DNA from: Antedon mediterranea
Taxonomy: Eukaryota > Animalia > Echinodermata
Assembly (NCBI RefSeq): GCF_964355755.1
Contig: NC_092674.1
Span: 2,666,001-2,730,000, forward strand
Length of the DNA stretch: 64,000 nucleotides
Reading direction: 5' to 3'
The notes beneath the pieces were generated by a model. It was not told the DNA's origin and did not search any database. It was given only the letters and a program-made list of their open reading frames with translations. Positions within the stretch are counted from its first letter, which is position 1, and each line of letters opens with the position of its first letter. The position numbers were made by a program, and so were the translations under genes. Below, one piece after another: positions 24,567 through 38,820 of this stretch.

Positions 24567-25227
24567 AATAATAGGCCTATAGCCACATTCCTAGTATTTC
24601 AATTGCCTTCCTCCCTAGATTAAATTTAAATAAATAAAAATAATTTCAATGTGATTTATATTTATAATTTTTCACGTCTCCTGCAAATTTCGTAGTTAAA
24701 TTGATACCAATGATTTTATAGATTGATCATACATATCGCAATAATTTACGCCCTCTATAATTTCTTTAACTTTTATACTTTTTCTGTCAAGTAGTGTGTG
24801 TATACAGTAGTCAAAGTGTCTTGACCTGTTAACCGCTCTGAAAATAAACAAAACTGGAAAAATAAGATACAGGCTGCTGCTATATATCCTATATAACATG
24901 CCCGGATGGCAAAATTGTATGGTTTTGAAGACAAAAATTTGTCCAAATTGTTAGTGATTATCTATTTCATAGCGTTGTGTTGCATGATCAAATCAAATCA
25001 AATGATGCATTATTTAAACAGGAAAATACTGTAGTTTAAAACCTTTAGAAAACAATAACCTTAGGCCTACTTTATCTTCCAATTGCATATACATCGACCT
25101 ACTTAAAAAGAAAAAAAAGTGCAGATTATATATTTATATCATGCTTTTTCTTCTAAATAGTTAAACCTAATAAAGACCTCACAGTCCTCTCATTCTTAAA
25201 TGAAAACGAATATAGTTTACTGCAATA

Positions 25228-26710
25228 TAGTCAGGTGGCTTAGCGACTAAAACGTTACACGGTGGACAAACGCACCAAATTTGGCATGAGGCTTCTTTTA
25301 GACGTACTAATTGATTTTTGCCTAGGAGCCACCCGATCAGCATCCGATTTTCCAAGATGGCGGCCAAAATGGCTGCCAGTAAATTGGTATATCATATATC
25401 TCTGGCTGTAAAAGTTAAATAGACAAATAACTGAATAAAGAATTTCTGAGGTTAGTAAAACCGATTCAGGAAATATTATATAAAGTGAGTTCCAAAATGG
25501 CGCCCAAAAATAAAAATGGTAGCTATTGAAATTGAAATACATATAATTGTATACAAAGTCACAAATAGTCCATTTCCTAATATAATTTAGTCTGCAAATC
25601 AGAAGGAAAGTGCAAGCATTGCATTTTATGAATTTTTTAACCATGCTAGTTATAAAAACCCATGTTATCAAATTTCTAAAGTTTTTCCTTGACCTTTGAC
25701 CTCAATTTGAATATTTTAATCCAATTGAAAACAAAATAACCACATCTCCGCAACGCTTGCATTAAATTAAATAATTTTAGTGTCAAATTCTTTGAAAGAT
25801 GCATATTAATATTCGTCCTAATGGAAACATTTGTCAAAAAATGGCCAGAAGTATGATTTTTGGTATATTTGACCTTTGACCTACATGTCATATAACTTAG
25901 TAACTAACAGTTGGACAAACTTTAAATAGGTCTCAAATTAATCAGAAGATGGATGTTTCTATTCAGTCTAATACAAAATTTTCCAAGAAAATGACCCAGA
26001 TTCTTGTTATTGACCTTTGACCTGTTCTGGTAGTACACATTTCTATATCTTGAAAACTAGTGGTCGTAAAAGTTTTTTTATGAGAAATTGTTAGAAAAAT
26101 ATATATTTATATGTTTTATAATAAAACAGTTTCTATAAAAATGTAAAAGAATCCTAATTATGATAACTAAATTTGTAATTTGTTAATATCCAATAGTATT
26201 TTTGTTATGTATTAAAATGTGTTATATTTGCTGATTTTAGGCACTTAACGTAAATTTATCTGAACTATGGATATTTAATGTAAAATTTTTTTTTAATACA
26301 AAGAAAATGTAATTATCTATCAAATAAGACCATTTAAAAAATATTCTGACAAAAACTTAGTTACAGGTAAAAAAGTGTACTTTTACTTATGTGAACAGCG
26401 CCCTCAATCTTTATTTTCCCAAAAATACCACATTTTATGTGGTTTCAGAATCTGAACTGGTTATAACTTTTTTTTATCGATTTTTTTTACAGTTACTTGT
26501 AATTTACATACCACCTCTACCATTTACTACATTTACATTTAACTTCTGCCGTCCACAGATATTGTATGTGATTTCCTAGTTTACTGGCAGCCATTTTGGA
26601 TTCTAGGCAAAAATCAATTGGTAGGTCCCAACAAAGCTCCATGCCAAATTTGGCGCTTTTGTCCACTGTGTAACGATTTCCTCATTTTTTGTTGTTAAGC
26701 CACCTGACTA
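25228..26710. mobile_element. Non-autonomous DNA transposon, Academ-like
   Basis: TIR TAGTCAGGTGGCTTA with extended imperfect inverted similarity; 3-bp ATA duplication; TAG termini. Confidence 0.7.
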
Positions 26711-26809
26711 ATAATACAAACAATTATAATTATAGATTTTCTTTTTTGGAAAACTTTTTAACGAAAACAGCTCAGCGGTGGTGTGAGAAAGGCCGGGAAC
26801 AATTGAAGA

Positions 26810-26951
26810 ATACATGGTGGCGCCCTGTTGACCTCAATATAGGCGCAGTTCAGGTCAACTTCACTCTCAACACGGAAGTTATGAGTTTTGTTGTTCTAGA
26901 AGGGAACTAATAACATTTTTCTGGAGTTTGACACTGTTTGTTACATCTTAA
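26810..26951 (+). promoter_or_regulatory. Probable promoter and non-coding first exon of the Mtl-like gene
   Basis: GC-richer patch with GGTGGCGCCC and ETS-like CGGAAGT; strong donor gtaagt at 26952; candidate second UTR exon 28013-28094; acceptor before 41741. Confidence 0.45.
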
Positions 26952-28160
26952 GTAAGTACGCACACTTTTGATTTGTTTCCCAATACATAATTGTGTTTTT
27001 ATAGTGTTAAGACAGGAAATTAATTGCGCTCAGAGTGGTCAGTGCTGTGTTTGTGTGTGGTGTGTTGGTTGAAGTCGGACCGACCACAATTTGTTGTAGG
27101 CTTCTCTCGCCCTCTCGCTGGGTAGAATTAGAAAGGTTTAGCCTACAGTATCTCCATTGATTTGACGAGGATTCACTCATGCCTACACTTTTTCCTTGCC
27201 TTTAACTTACCTCCATTATACACAGATATAAAAAATATAAAAATCGCCACCGTTACAGATACTACTGTTCTATTTATATTATCATAAACCGAAAGAACAA
27301 TGTTGAGAAGAAGAGACGGTAGCAATAAAATAAAGCAAAGAAAAATCGTCCGGAAATCAAACCCATACCCACATGATCCCTAGCCGCAACACACACCACT
27401 ACGCCAAATATCCGGTCAAATATTAAACTTTGGGCGTACCTGGAAAAATGCATGTGTAATCAGGGAAAAATTTCATTCAACAATTTTGTTTAGCAATATT
27501 GCTAATTAAACTAATTTTTAAGTCGAGAAACATTGTATTGTATTTTTTGCTACACAATTTTCAAAATGTGTAGCAAAAAGGTTGTTTTGTATAGCTTTTT
27601 GCTATGCTACACTGGTGAAAATGTTCCCTGGTAATGCGTTTTTAATTGACCAATGAAAATAGTGTCTACAGTAAATGGTATAGGTACTGCACAGGGACAG
27701 TATGTGGTAGGTATAATTTTAAAAAGCTAAAGTTTTGATCTACACTAAACCTAAAAAATAACAGACCAAAACTAAGAAATACCGGAATGTTGTCCTGCGG
27801 AGGATAGTTTATTACCATTATTAGTTAGGGTCTAATGTAAAGCACCTAGAGAGGTCAGTGATCCATTAGGCGCTATATAAATATTGTTTATTATTATTAA
27901 TCATTATTATTACTTAAAAGTGATGCGTCTCTTCCTGAACAAAAATACTGATTTAATACTTGTTTTATTCATTCAGGTTCTATGATGATATTTGTTTTTC
28001 TTTCTTTTATAGATTTTGTGCATTTAAAGGAAAAACATAAAAGAAGTTAGAATTGAGTGAAAGCTGGTTGATGGTTGTATTCACCAATTCTCTGGTATGT
28101 TAAACTAAATATGTCACCAAAAACATAATCTTTGTATATTATTTATAATATAAGGGTTAG

Positions 28161-28204
28161 GTTGCACTGATGAAGGGCTAGTGTTGCCCGAAAGCTCTGC
28201 TAAC
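28161..28204 (+). ncRNA. Minimal hammerhead ribozyme at head of a ~165-bp Penelope-like repeat (to ~28325)
   Basis: Stem I GTT-GCA/TGC-T-AAC; CTGATGA; stem II GGGC/GCCC; GAAA; palindromic AGCT; CTC cleavage triplet. Confidence 0.72.
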
Positions 28205-29387
28205 TTTTCTGGCTGTTTTACTTTATCGTTTTGATTTAGCTTTTCGCTTTTTTTTGTATCTCCATTGAGATCCAGCCACTGATACCCACAGCATTGTCAT
28301 TGTTTCAGTAATTTGCCTTTGGATTTTTTTATAATATATTATCCCTTCTTCCTCTTTCCCAAAATAATTTTATTTTCCTGATTAATTAATTGTACATCAA
28401 ATCAGGTATAGTGGGAGTAATTTTTTGGTTTGGTACCGTGTCTCAGTGAGTACTGTACCTCTATTATTTATTAATGTACATCCACTGTTCCAATGTCTAA
28501 ATTAAACAGGTAATGTTTAATTACACAAATTTAAATATCATTGCAAGGTAGTAAAAGTATTTAAGTTTAGGATGTGAAGTGATGGAAACCACCACTAGGA
28601 TAACCAAGTTCTAGGCTGGCTTGGAAGAGGTAACATTCCAATACAGGATTTGAAGTTAGCCTTGAGATTAAAATACCTTAGTGCTTACTGTAGTCTGTTG
28701 TTGTACTTACAAACTACAAATGATTCATTTCACTCAGTTACTTATTGTTGCAATGTTTGTGTAAATATGGTATATACAGTAGTGTATAATATGTGTTCTC
28801 TGTTTTAATAAAAGTCAAATGAACTGAAAAAAATTAAAAAACTAAGCGAAACGACATTGGTATGTAGCTATATCATATGGAATGCCCGCTTTAAACCGAT
28901 GTGGGAAAACTGTTCCGTAATAATGTAATTCTTAACTGTACATTTTTAGAACAATATTTTTTTGGTTTGTATTTATACATTTATACTTCCTTTTTGTATT
29001 TGTTGTCATTTTTTTCCCTGCATGCTTGGTCGTCCAAGATGTGACCTGGGATGTTTGTTACATTCTTATATTGGAAATAAAGGATGATTTTACGACTACT
29101 GTACTTAAGAATGTATAGTACAGTTAGCAGGCTGCCATAGTTACATGTGACTACTATACTGAGTCAGTTTTTGTATCTGTCACTGTCAGAAGACAGTATT
29201 ACAGTACATATAACAGTAATGCTTCAATTGTGTCGTGCTTCAGTGATTTTCATTAATTTTATTTTCTGGAAGCACCTATATATAATTACTAATAGTTGAT
29301 GACTCATGGTTGTTATAACAACACTCCATTAATTACTCAATACATAAAAATGTCTTAACCATTTCTAACTGGCTATCTTCAGCTTTT

Positions 29388-30003
29388 TGTACTGTACTAC
29401 AGATACTGTACCACAGATACTGTACCACAGATACTGTACTACAGATACTGTACAACAGGTACTGTACTACAGATACTGTACAGTACAGATACTGTACAGT
29501 ACAGATACTGTACAACATTGAACAACAGATACTGTACTACAGATACTGTACAGTACAGATACTGTACAGTACAGATACTGTACAGTACAGATACTGTACA
29601 ACAGATACTGTACTACAGATACTGTACAGTACAGATACTGTACTACAGATACTGAACAACAGATACGGTACAGTACAGATACTGTACAGTACAGATACTG
29701 TACAGTACAGATACTGTACAGTACAGATACTGCAGATACTGTACTGCAGATACTGTACAACACTGAACAACAGATACTGTACAGTACAGATACTGTACTA
29801 CAGATACTGTACAACACTGAACAACAGATGCTGTACAGTACAGATACTGCAGATACTGTACTACAGATACTGTACAACACTGAACAACAGATACTGTATA
29901 GTACAGATACTGTACAGTACAGATACTGTACAGTACAGATACTGTACAGTACAGATACTGTACAGTACAGATACTGCAGATACTGTACTGCAGATACTGT
30001 ACT
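29388..30003. repeat. ~16-bp quasi-palindromic minisatellite
   Basis: CAGTACAGATACTGTA and variants. Confidence 0.92.
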
Positions 30004-30720
30004 TTGAATGCTACTGTATTTTACACTACAGTGTACTGATGTAACATTATTTTGATGCATAAATAATTTTCATCATAAAACCTACTTTACTGTACTATTG
30101 TTTTTTCAAATATTCGGTATTTATTTACTCAGTCTGTTACTGTTATTTGTGTTGAATATGCTATTTTAATGTCACATAATAGTTAAATTCACTTTGACCA
30201 AAAATTGGATCGAAAAAAACAATTATTTACCTGAAAAAAATGTAATTTAAAGCAAAACACAGTCAAATTTATAAGTGAAAACATTATTTTTTTTTAGTTT
30301 TTTTTCCTATAGAAGTGATTAACTTTGTTAAAACTACAATATGGGCTATTCAAAGTCTGATTTTATTAATCTTCATTTTTCATGTTTTTGGAGACAATAG
30401 ATCTTTAACTCTTCTCCAATTTAATAAAAGTGCAAAAAAAGGCCTTCAAGGTTAAAACTATACTTTGTGATGACAGCACTTTGAAATATTAATCTATGGA
30501 TGAAGTATTCCTTCCTCCAGGCTACTTATACTTTCATAACTAAACTATTTGTATATTGTACTGTATATAAAGTTGAGCTTTTCAAGACCCAACAAATGTA
30601 GCTTGAATAGGTGTTGCCTTAATATACTGTATTTCCTTTTTTTTACATGCAATTTTCCCCATAATAATAGTGATGCCCCTTGAAAAGAATGTCCCTATTA
30701 GTATTAGGGAAGTCCCTTAA

Positions 30721-33700
30721 ATATGGGTGTCCCTTCCTTGAATACAGGTATTATCCTTTGAATAGTAGAGTCCCTAATATGGGTGTCCCTTCCTTGAATA
30801 CAGGTATTATCCCTTGAATAGTAGAGTCCCTAATATGGCTGTCCCTTCCTTGAATACAGGTATTATCCTTTGAATAGTAGAGTCCCTAATATGGGTGTCC
30901 CTTCCTTGAATACAGGTATTATCCTTTGAATAGTAGAGTCCCTAATATGGGTGTCCCTTCCTTGAATACAGGTATTATCCTTTGAATAGTAGAGTCCCTA
31001 ATATGGGTGTCCCTTCCTTGAATACAGGTATTATCCTTTGAATAGTAGAGTCCCTAATATGGCTGTCCCTTCCTTGAATACAGGTATTATCCCTTGAATA
31101 GTAGAGTCCCTAATATGGCTGTCCCTTCCTTGAATACAGGTATTATCCCTTGAATAGTAGAGTCCCTAATATGGGTGTCCCTTCCTTGAATACAGGTATT
31201 ATCCTTTGAATAGTAGAGTCCCTAATATGGGTGTCCCTTGAATACAGGTATTATCCTTTGAATAGTAGAGTCCCTAATATGGGTGTCCCTTCCTTGAATA
31301 CAGGTATTATCCCTTGAATAGTAGAGTCCCTAATATGGCTGTCCCTTCCTTGAATACAGGTATTATCCTTTGAATAGTAGAGTCCCTAATATGGGTGTCC
31401 CTTCCTTGAATACAGGTATTATCCTTTGAATAGTAGAGTCCCTAATATGGGTGTCCCTTCCTTGAATACAGGTATTATCCCTTGAATAGTAGAGTCCCTA
31501 ATATGGGTGTCCCTTCCTTGAATACAGGTATTATCCTTTGAATAGTAGAGTCCCTAATATGGGTGTCCCTTCCTTGAATACAGGTATTCTCCTTTGAATA
31601 GTAGAGTCCCTAATATGGGTGTCCCTTCCTTGAATACAGGTATTATCCTTTGAATAGTAGAGTCCCTAATATGGGTGTCCCTTCCTTGAATACAGGTATT
31701 ATCCTTTGAATAGTAGAGTCCCTAATATGGGTGTCCCTTCCTTGAATACAGGTATTATCCTTTGAATAGTAGAGTCCCTAATATGGGTGTCCCTTCCTTG
31801 AATACAGGTATTATCCTTTGAATAGTAGAGTCCCTAATATGGGTGTCCCTTCCTTGAATACAGGTATTATCCTTTGAATAGTAGAGTCCCTAATATGGGT
31901 GTCCCTTCCTTGAATACAGGTATTATCCCTTGAATAGTAGAGTCCCTAATATGGCTGTCCCTTCCTTGAATACAGGTATTATCCTTTGAATAGTAGAGTC
32001 CCTAATATGGGTGTCCCTTCCTTGAATACAGGTATTATCCCTTGAATAGTAGAGTCCCTAATATGGCTGTCCCTTCCTTGAATACAGGTATTATCCTTTG
32101 AATAGTAGAGTCCCTAATATGGGTGTCCCTTTCTTGAATACAGGTATTATCCTTTGAATAGTAGAGTCCCTAATATGGGTGTCCCTTCCTTGAATACAGG
32201 TATTATCCCTTGAATAGTAGAGTCCCTAATATGGGTGTCCCTTCCTTGAATACAGGTATTATCCTTTGAATAGTAGAGTCCCTAATATGGGTGTCCCTTC
32301 CTTGAATACAGGTATTATCCCTTGAATAGTAGAGTCCCTAATATGGCTGTCCCTTCCTTGAATACAGGTATTATCCCTTGAATAGTAGAGTCCCTAATAT
32401 GGGTGTCCCTTCCTTGAATACAGGTATTATCCTTTGAATAGTAGAGTCCCTAATATGGGTGTCCCTTCCTTGAATACAGGTATTATCCTTTGAATAGTAG
32501 AGTCCCTAATATGGCTGTCCCTTCCTTGAATACAGGTATTATCCTTTGAATAGTAGAGTCCCTAATATGGGTGTCCCTTCCTTGAATACAGGTATTATCC
32601 CTTGAATAGTAGAGTCCCTAATATGGCTGTCCCTTCCTTGAATACAGGTATTATCCTTTGAATAGTAGAGTCCCTAATATGGGTGTCCCTTCCTTGAATA
32701 CAGGTATTATCCCTTGAATAGTAGAGTCCCTAATATGGCTGTCCCTTCCTTGAATACAGGTATTATCCTTTGAATAGTAGAGTCCCTAATATGGGTGTCC
32801 CTTCCTTGAATACAGGTATTATCCTTTGAATAGTAGAGTCCCTAATATGGGTGTCCCTTCCTTGAATACAGGTATTATCCTTTGAATAGTAGAGTCCCTA
32901 ATATGGGTGTCCCTTCCTTGAATACAGGTATTATCCTTTGAATAGTAGAGTCCCTAATATGGGTGTCCATTCCTTGAATACAGGTATTATCCTTTGAATA
33001 GTAGAGTCCCTAATATGGGTGTCCCTTCCTTGAATACAGGTATTATCCTTTGAATAGTAGAGTCCCTAATATGGCTGTCCCTTCCTTGAATACAGGTATT
33101 ATCCTTTGAATAGTAGAGTCCCTAATATGGCTGTCCCTTCCTTGAATACAGGTATTATCCCTTGAATAGTAGAGTCCCTAATATGGGTGTCCCTTCCTTG
33201 AATACAGGTATTATCCTTTGAATAGTAGAGTCCCTAATATGGCTGTCCCTTCCTTGAATAGAGGTATTATCCTTTGAATAGTAGAGTCCCTAATATGGGT
33301 GTCCCTTCCTTGAATACAGGTATTATCCTTTGAATAGTAGAGTCCCTAATATGGGTGTCCCTTCCTTGAATACAGGTATTATCCTTTGAATAGTAGAGTC
33401 CCTAATATGGCTGTCCCTTCCTTGAATACAGGTATTATCCTTTGAATAGTAGAGTCCCTAATATGGGTGTCCCTTCCTTGAATACAGGTATTATCCTTTG
33501 AATAGTAGAGTCCCTAATATGGGTGTCCCTTCCTTGAATACAGGTATTATCCTTTGAATAGTAGAGTCCCTAATATGGGTGTCCCTTCCTTGAATACAGG
33601 TATTATCCTTTGAATAGTAGAGTCCCTAATATGGGTGTCCCTTCCTTGAATACAGGTATTATCCTTTGAATAGTAGAGTCCCTAATATGGGTGTCCCTTC

Positions 33701-36173
33701 CTTGAATACAGGTATTATCCTTTGAATAGTAGAGTCCCTAATATGGGTGTCCCTTCCTTGAATACAGGTATTATCCTTTGAATAGTAGAGTCCCTAATAT
33801 GGGTGTCCCTTCCTTGAATACAGGTATTATCCCTTGAATAGTAGAGTCCCTAATATGGGTGTCCCTTCCTTGAATACAGGTATTATCCTTTGAATAGTAG
33901 AGTCCCTAATATGGGTGTCCCTTCCTTGAATACAGGTATTATCCTTTGAATAGTAGAGTCCCTAATATGGGTGTCCCTTCCTTGAATACAGGTATTATCC
34001 TTTGAATAGTAGAGTCCCTAATATGGGTGTCCCTTCCTTGAATACAGGTATTATCCTTTGAATAGTAGAGTCCCTAATATGGGTGTCCCTTCCTTGAATA
34101 CAGGTATTATCCTTTGAATAGTAGAGTCCCTAATATGGGTGTCCCTTCCTTGAATACAGGTATTATCCCTTGAATAGTAGAGTCCCTAATATGGCTGTCC
34201 CTTCCTTGAATACAGGTATTATCCTTTGAATAGTAGAGTCCCTAATATGGATGTCCCTTCCTTGAATACAGGTATTATCCCTTGAATAGTAGAGTCCCTA
34301 ATATGGGTGTCCCTTCCTTGAATACAGGTATTATCCTTTGAATAGTAGAGTCCCTAATATGGCTGTCCCTTCCTTGAATACAGGTATTATCCTTTGAATA
34401 GTAGAGTCCCTAATATGGGTGTCCCTTCCTTGAATACAGGTATTATCCCTTGAATAGTAGAGTCCCTAATATGGGTGTCCCTTCCTTGAATACAGGTATT
34501 ATCCTTTGAATAGTAGAGTCCCTAATATGGCTGTCCCTTCCTTGAATACAGGTATTATCCTTTGAATAGTAGAGTCCCTAATATGGCTGTCCCTTCCTTG
34601 AATACAGGTATTATCCTTTGAATAGTAGAGTCCCTAATATGGGTGTCCCTTCCTTGAATACAGGTATTATCCCTTGAATAGTAGAGTCCCTAATATGGGT
34701 GTCCCTTCCTTGAATACAGGTATTATCCTTTGAATAGTAGAGTCCCTAATATGGGTGTCCCTTCCTTGAATACAGGTATTATCCTTTGAATAGTAGAGTC
34801 CCTAATATGGGTGTCCCTTCCTTGAATACAGGTATTATCCTTTGAATAGGAGAGTCCCTAATATGGGTGTCCCTTCCTTGAATACAGGTATTATCCTTTG
34901 AATAGTAGAGTCCCTAATATGGGTTCCCTTCCTTGAATACAGGTATTATCCTTTGAATAGTAGAGTCCCTAATATGGCTGTCCCTTCCTTGAATACAGGT
35001 ATTATCCTTTGAATAGTAGAGTCCCTAATATGGGTGTCCCTTCCTTGAATACAGGTATTATCCTTTGAATAGTAGAGTCCCTAATATGGGTGTCCCTTCC
35101 TTGAATACAGGTATTATCCTTTGAATAGTAGAGTCCCTAATATGGGTGTCCCTTCCTTGAATACAGGTATTATCCTTTGAATAGTAGAGTCCCTAATATG
35201 GGTGTCCCTTCCTTGAATACAGGTATTATCCCTTGAATAGTAGAGTCCCTAATATGGGTGTCCCTTCCTTGAATACAGGTATTATCCCTTGAATAGTAGA
35301 GTCCCTAATATGGCTGTCCCTTCCTTGAATACAGGTATTATCCCTTGAATAGTAGAGTCCCTAATATGGCTGTCCCTTCCTTGAATACAGGTATTATCCT
35401 TTGAATAGTAGAGTCCCTAATATGGCTGTCCCTTCCTTGAATACAGGTATTATCCTTTGAATAGTAGAGTCCCTAATATGGGTGTCCCTTCCTTGAATAC
35501 AGGTATTATCCTTTGAATAGTAGAGTCCCTAATATGGGTGTCCCTTCCTTGAATACAGGTATTATCCTTTGAATAGTAGAGTCCCTAATATGGGTGTCCC
35601 TTCCTTGAATACAGGTATTATCCTTTGAATAGTAGAGTCCCTAATATGGGTGTCCCTTCCTTGAATACAGGTATTATCCCTTGAATAGTAGAGTCCCTAA
35701 TATGGGTGTCCCTTCCTTGAATAGAGGTATTATCCTTTGAATAGTAGAGTCCCTAATATGGGTGTCCCTTCCTTGAATACAGGTATTATCCTTTGAATAG
35801 TAGAGTCCCTAATATGGGTGTCCCTTCCTTGAATACAGGTATTATCCTTTGAATAGTAGAGTCCCTAATATGGGTGTCCCTTCCTTGAATACAGGTATTA
35901 TCCTTTGAATAGTAGAGTCCCTAATATGGCTGTCCCTTCCTTGAATACAGGTATTATCCTTTGAATAGTAGAGTCCCTAATATGGGTGTCCCTTCCTTGA
36001 ATACAGGTATTATCCCTTGAATAGTAGAGTCCCTAATATGGCTGTCCCTTCCTTGAATACAGGTATTATCCTTTGAATAGTAGAGTCCCTAATATGGGTG
36101 TCCCTTCCTTGAATACAGGTATTATCCCTTGAATAGTAGAGTCCCTAATATGGGTGTCCCTTCCTTGAATACA
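30721..36173. repeat. 56-bp satellite, about 97 copies
   Basis: Unit ATATGGGTGTCCCTTCCTTGAATACAGGTATTATCCTTTGAATAGTAGAGTCCCTA; mainly two variable positions. Confidence 0.97.
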
Positions 36174-36179
36174 GTAGGA

Positions 36180-37018
36180 ATGTCCCTTGAATAGGGGTGT
36201 CGCTTGAATAGGTGTGTCCCTTGAATAGGTGTGTCCCTTGAATAGGGTGTCCCTTAAATAGGTGTGTCCCTTGAATAGGGGTGTCCTTTGAATAGGTGTG
36301 TCCCTTGAATAGGGTTGTCGCTTGAATAGGGGTGTCCCTTGAATAGGGATGTCGCTTGAATAGGGATGTCGCTTGAATAGGGGTGTCCCTTGAATAGGTG
36401 TGTCCCTTGAATAGGGGTGTCCCTTGAATAGGGGTGTCGCTTGAATAGGGGTGTCCCTTGAATAGGTGTGTCCCTTGAATAGGTGTGTCCCTTGAATAGG
36501 TGTGTCCCTTGAATAGGGGTGTCCCTTGAATAGGGGTGTCCCTTGAATAGGGGTGTTCCTTGAATAGGGGTGTCCCTTGAATAGGTGTGTCTCTTGAATA
36601 GGGATGTCGCTTGAATAGGGGTGTCCCTTGAATAGGGGTGTCGCTTGAATAGGGATGTCGCTTGAATAGGGGTGTCCCTTGAATAGGTGTGTCGCTTGAA
36701 TAGGTGTGTCCCTTGAATAGGGGTGTCCCTTGAATAGGTGTGTCCCTTGAATAGGGATGTCGCTTGAATAGGTGTGTCCCTTGAATAGGTGTGTCCCTTG
36801 AATAGGGGTGTCCCTTGAATAGGTGTGTCCCTTGAATAGGGGTGTCGCTTGAATAGGGATGTCGCTTGAATAGGGATGTCGCTTGAATAGGGGTGTCGCT
36901 TGAATAGGGATGTCGCTTGAATAGGTGTGTCCCTTGAATAGGTGTGTCGCTTGAATAGGGATGTCGCTTGAATAGGGATGCCTCTTGAATAGGGTTGTCC
37001 CTTGAATAGGGTGTCCCT
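36180..37018. repeat. 17-bp minisatellite, about 49 copies
   Basis: GTCCCTTGAATAGGGGT and variants. Confidence 0.95.
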
Positions 37019-38177
37019 ACTTCTACTGTATACAGTTAAGTACAGAATAAATGTTATTATCCCATAAGAAGTACTGCAATACCATACACATGTATACATA
37101 TAGTAGAGTACGGTAGGTGCTTGCTAATTCCTATTTAGGGGACACCCATATTAAGAAGGCACTGTGTTGGTTCCAGTGGTGTCCCCTTAATGGGTCCTAC
37201 TTTATCCTTTTCTTGGTCAATACAATATGAATATTACTATAACATAATCAATTAAAAAAACTGAACAAAAAAATCTTGATTTTATGTATTTTGTATACAG
37301 TCAGCATTAAAAAAGTGTTCTCGAGATTACACTGTTTGTTTGTTTGTTTTTATTTCATATAAAAATAACAATTGTACAGAAATATACATCAAAAGTCGCA
37401 GACTTAAAAAACAACAAATTCAGAACAAAGAAAAGAAACAAGCAAATTCAGTCCAAAGACAACAAAAAAACGAGTAGGAGCAAAGGATAACCCTCTAAAC
37501 CCGGAGGTTTGTATCCTGAGGGGTCCCGAAAGAAAAAGACAAAGAAAAAATGAACAATCAGATGGTAGAAAGCGAGAAAAGGCCAAAGTTAGTCAATTCG
37601 CTCTTTGAGGATTTTCTTTATATGAAGCTTGAAGGTTGGACTTTAAATTAATTTCTTTGATATTCTGAGGCAAACTATTCCAGAGAATTATGATATTATA
37701 AAAAAATGTAGAAGCAATGTAACTGGATTTTTTATTTGTTATGCACATGAGCTTTTATAAGATATTAATAACAACAATTGTATGGTAATTGATTCTACCT
37801 TTAATTTATTCCTATAACAATATTCAAATGAAGAGGTTGCGATTGTTAATCAAACAGACTGTGTATGTATTCCTCTGGGGTTTAGTATTCATGTATAGTT
37901 AGTATCTTATTTAGACACTTGTAATATAATGTATACATATTTATGAATGAGATAAAGGATTACTATAAAACTGCATCATAAATTATAATAATAATAAATT
38001 AATCCCTTCTAAGTTCTAGTGTAAAGGAACAAAACAGTAATTGAACAATTGTCAGCTACTAAACTACAGTAATTTAATTGCGTAAATTAACATAGAGATA
38101 TTATGTTATACCTTCATGGTAATAATAAGTAGTATTAGTAGGTTTAAACAACAAATTATTGTTAATAAAATGATTAT

Positions 38178-38515
38178 TAACAGTAGTTTCTAATTTATCA
38201 TCTCTCATTATTATAATTATTGTTAATATTTGATTATTAAAGTATTACTACAATATTACAGTAGTTTCTAATTTATCTTTCCTCATTATAAATTAAATTT
38301 GTTAATGTTTGATGATTATACCACTATATTACAGTAGTTTCTAATTTATCTTTCCTCATTATTATACTGTAAATTAAATTTGTTAATGTTTGATGATTAC
38401 ACTACTATATTACAGTAGTTTCTAATTTATCTTTCCTCATTATAAATTAAATTTGTTAATGTTTGATGATTACACTACTATATTACAGTAGTTTCTAATT
38501 TATCAGCTCTCAGTA
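38178..38515. repeat. ~70-80-bp tandem repeat, 4-5 copies
   Basis: Recurrent ACAGTAGTTTCTAATTTATC...CTCATTAT. Confidence 0.8.
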
Positions 38516-38820
38516 TTATTCTCGGTGGTTTATTATCATTCAACCAGTTATGAGCAATTTCTGCAATATTCTAAAATATAACAACAATACATTAAAAATA
38601 TAATTGTTCTGATTCTCTCAAAGTATGATTTTCAGTTGCTTTTGATTGTGTGTCTAGATGGAAGTTTGATTATTATTTTTCAATTCATTAAACTTCTTGT
38701 CTTTCTGTTCTATTGTGTCGTTTTATGCTAGGCTAGGTGAAGTAAAGAGGTTGTTATTTTAGTTTAAACCTGTACTGATCTCATACAAATGGACATACTG
38801 TACTGTACAATGTAAAGTAA

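Noticed and set aside
25179-25891. Minus-strand ORFs in the TIR element as a transposase
   Set aside because: Short, low-complexity, no catalytic motifs.
27345-27410. tRNA-like sequence on minus strand
   Set aside because: A-box-like only, degenerate B-box and stems; at most a decayed SINE head.
29333-30060. Cys/Tyr/Val-rich ORFs
   Set aside because: Translations of the 16-bp minisatellite.
30721-36173. CRISPR-like array
   Set aside because: Head-to-tail identical units with no unique spacers, no cas genes, eukaryotic context.
36254-37099. 281-aa ORF
   Set aside because: Stop-free frame of the 17-bp minisatellite.
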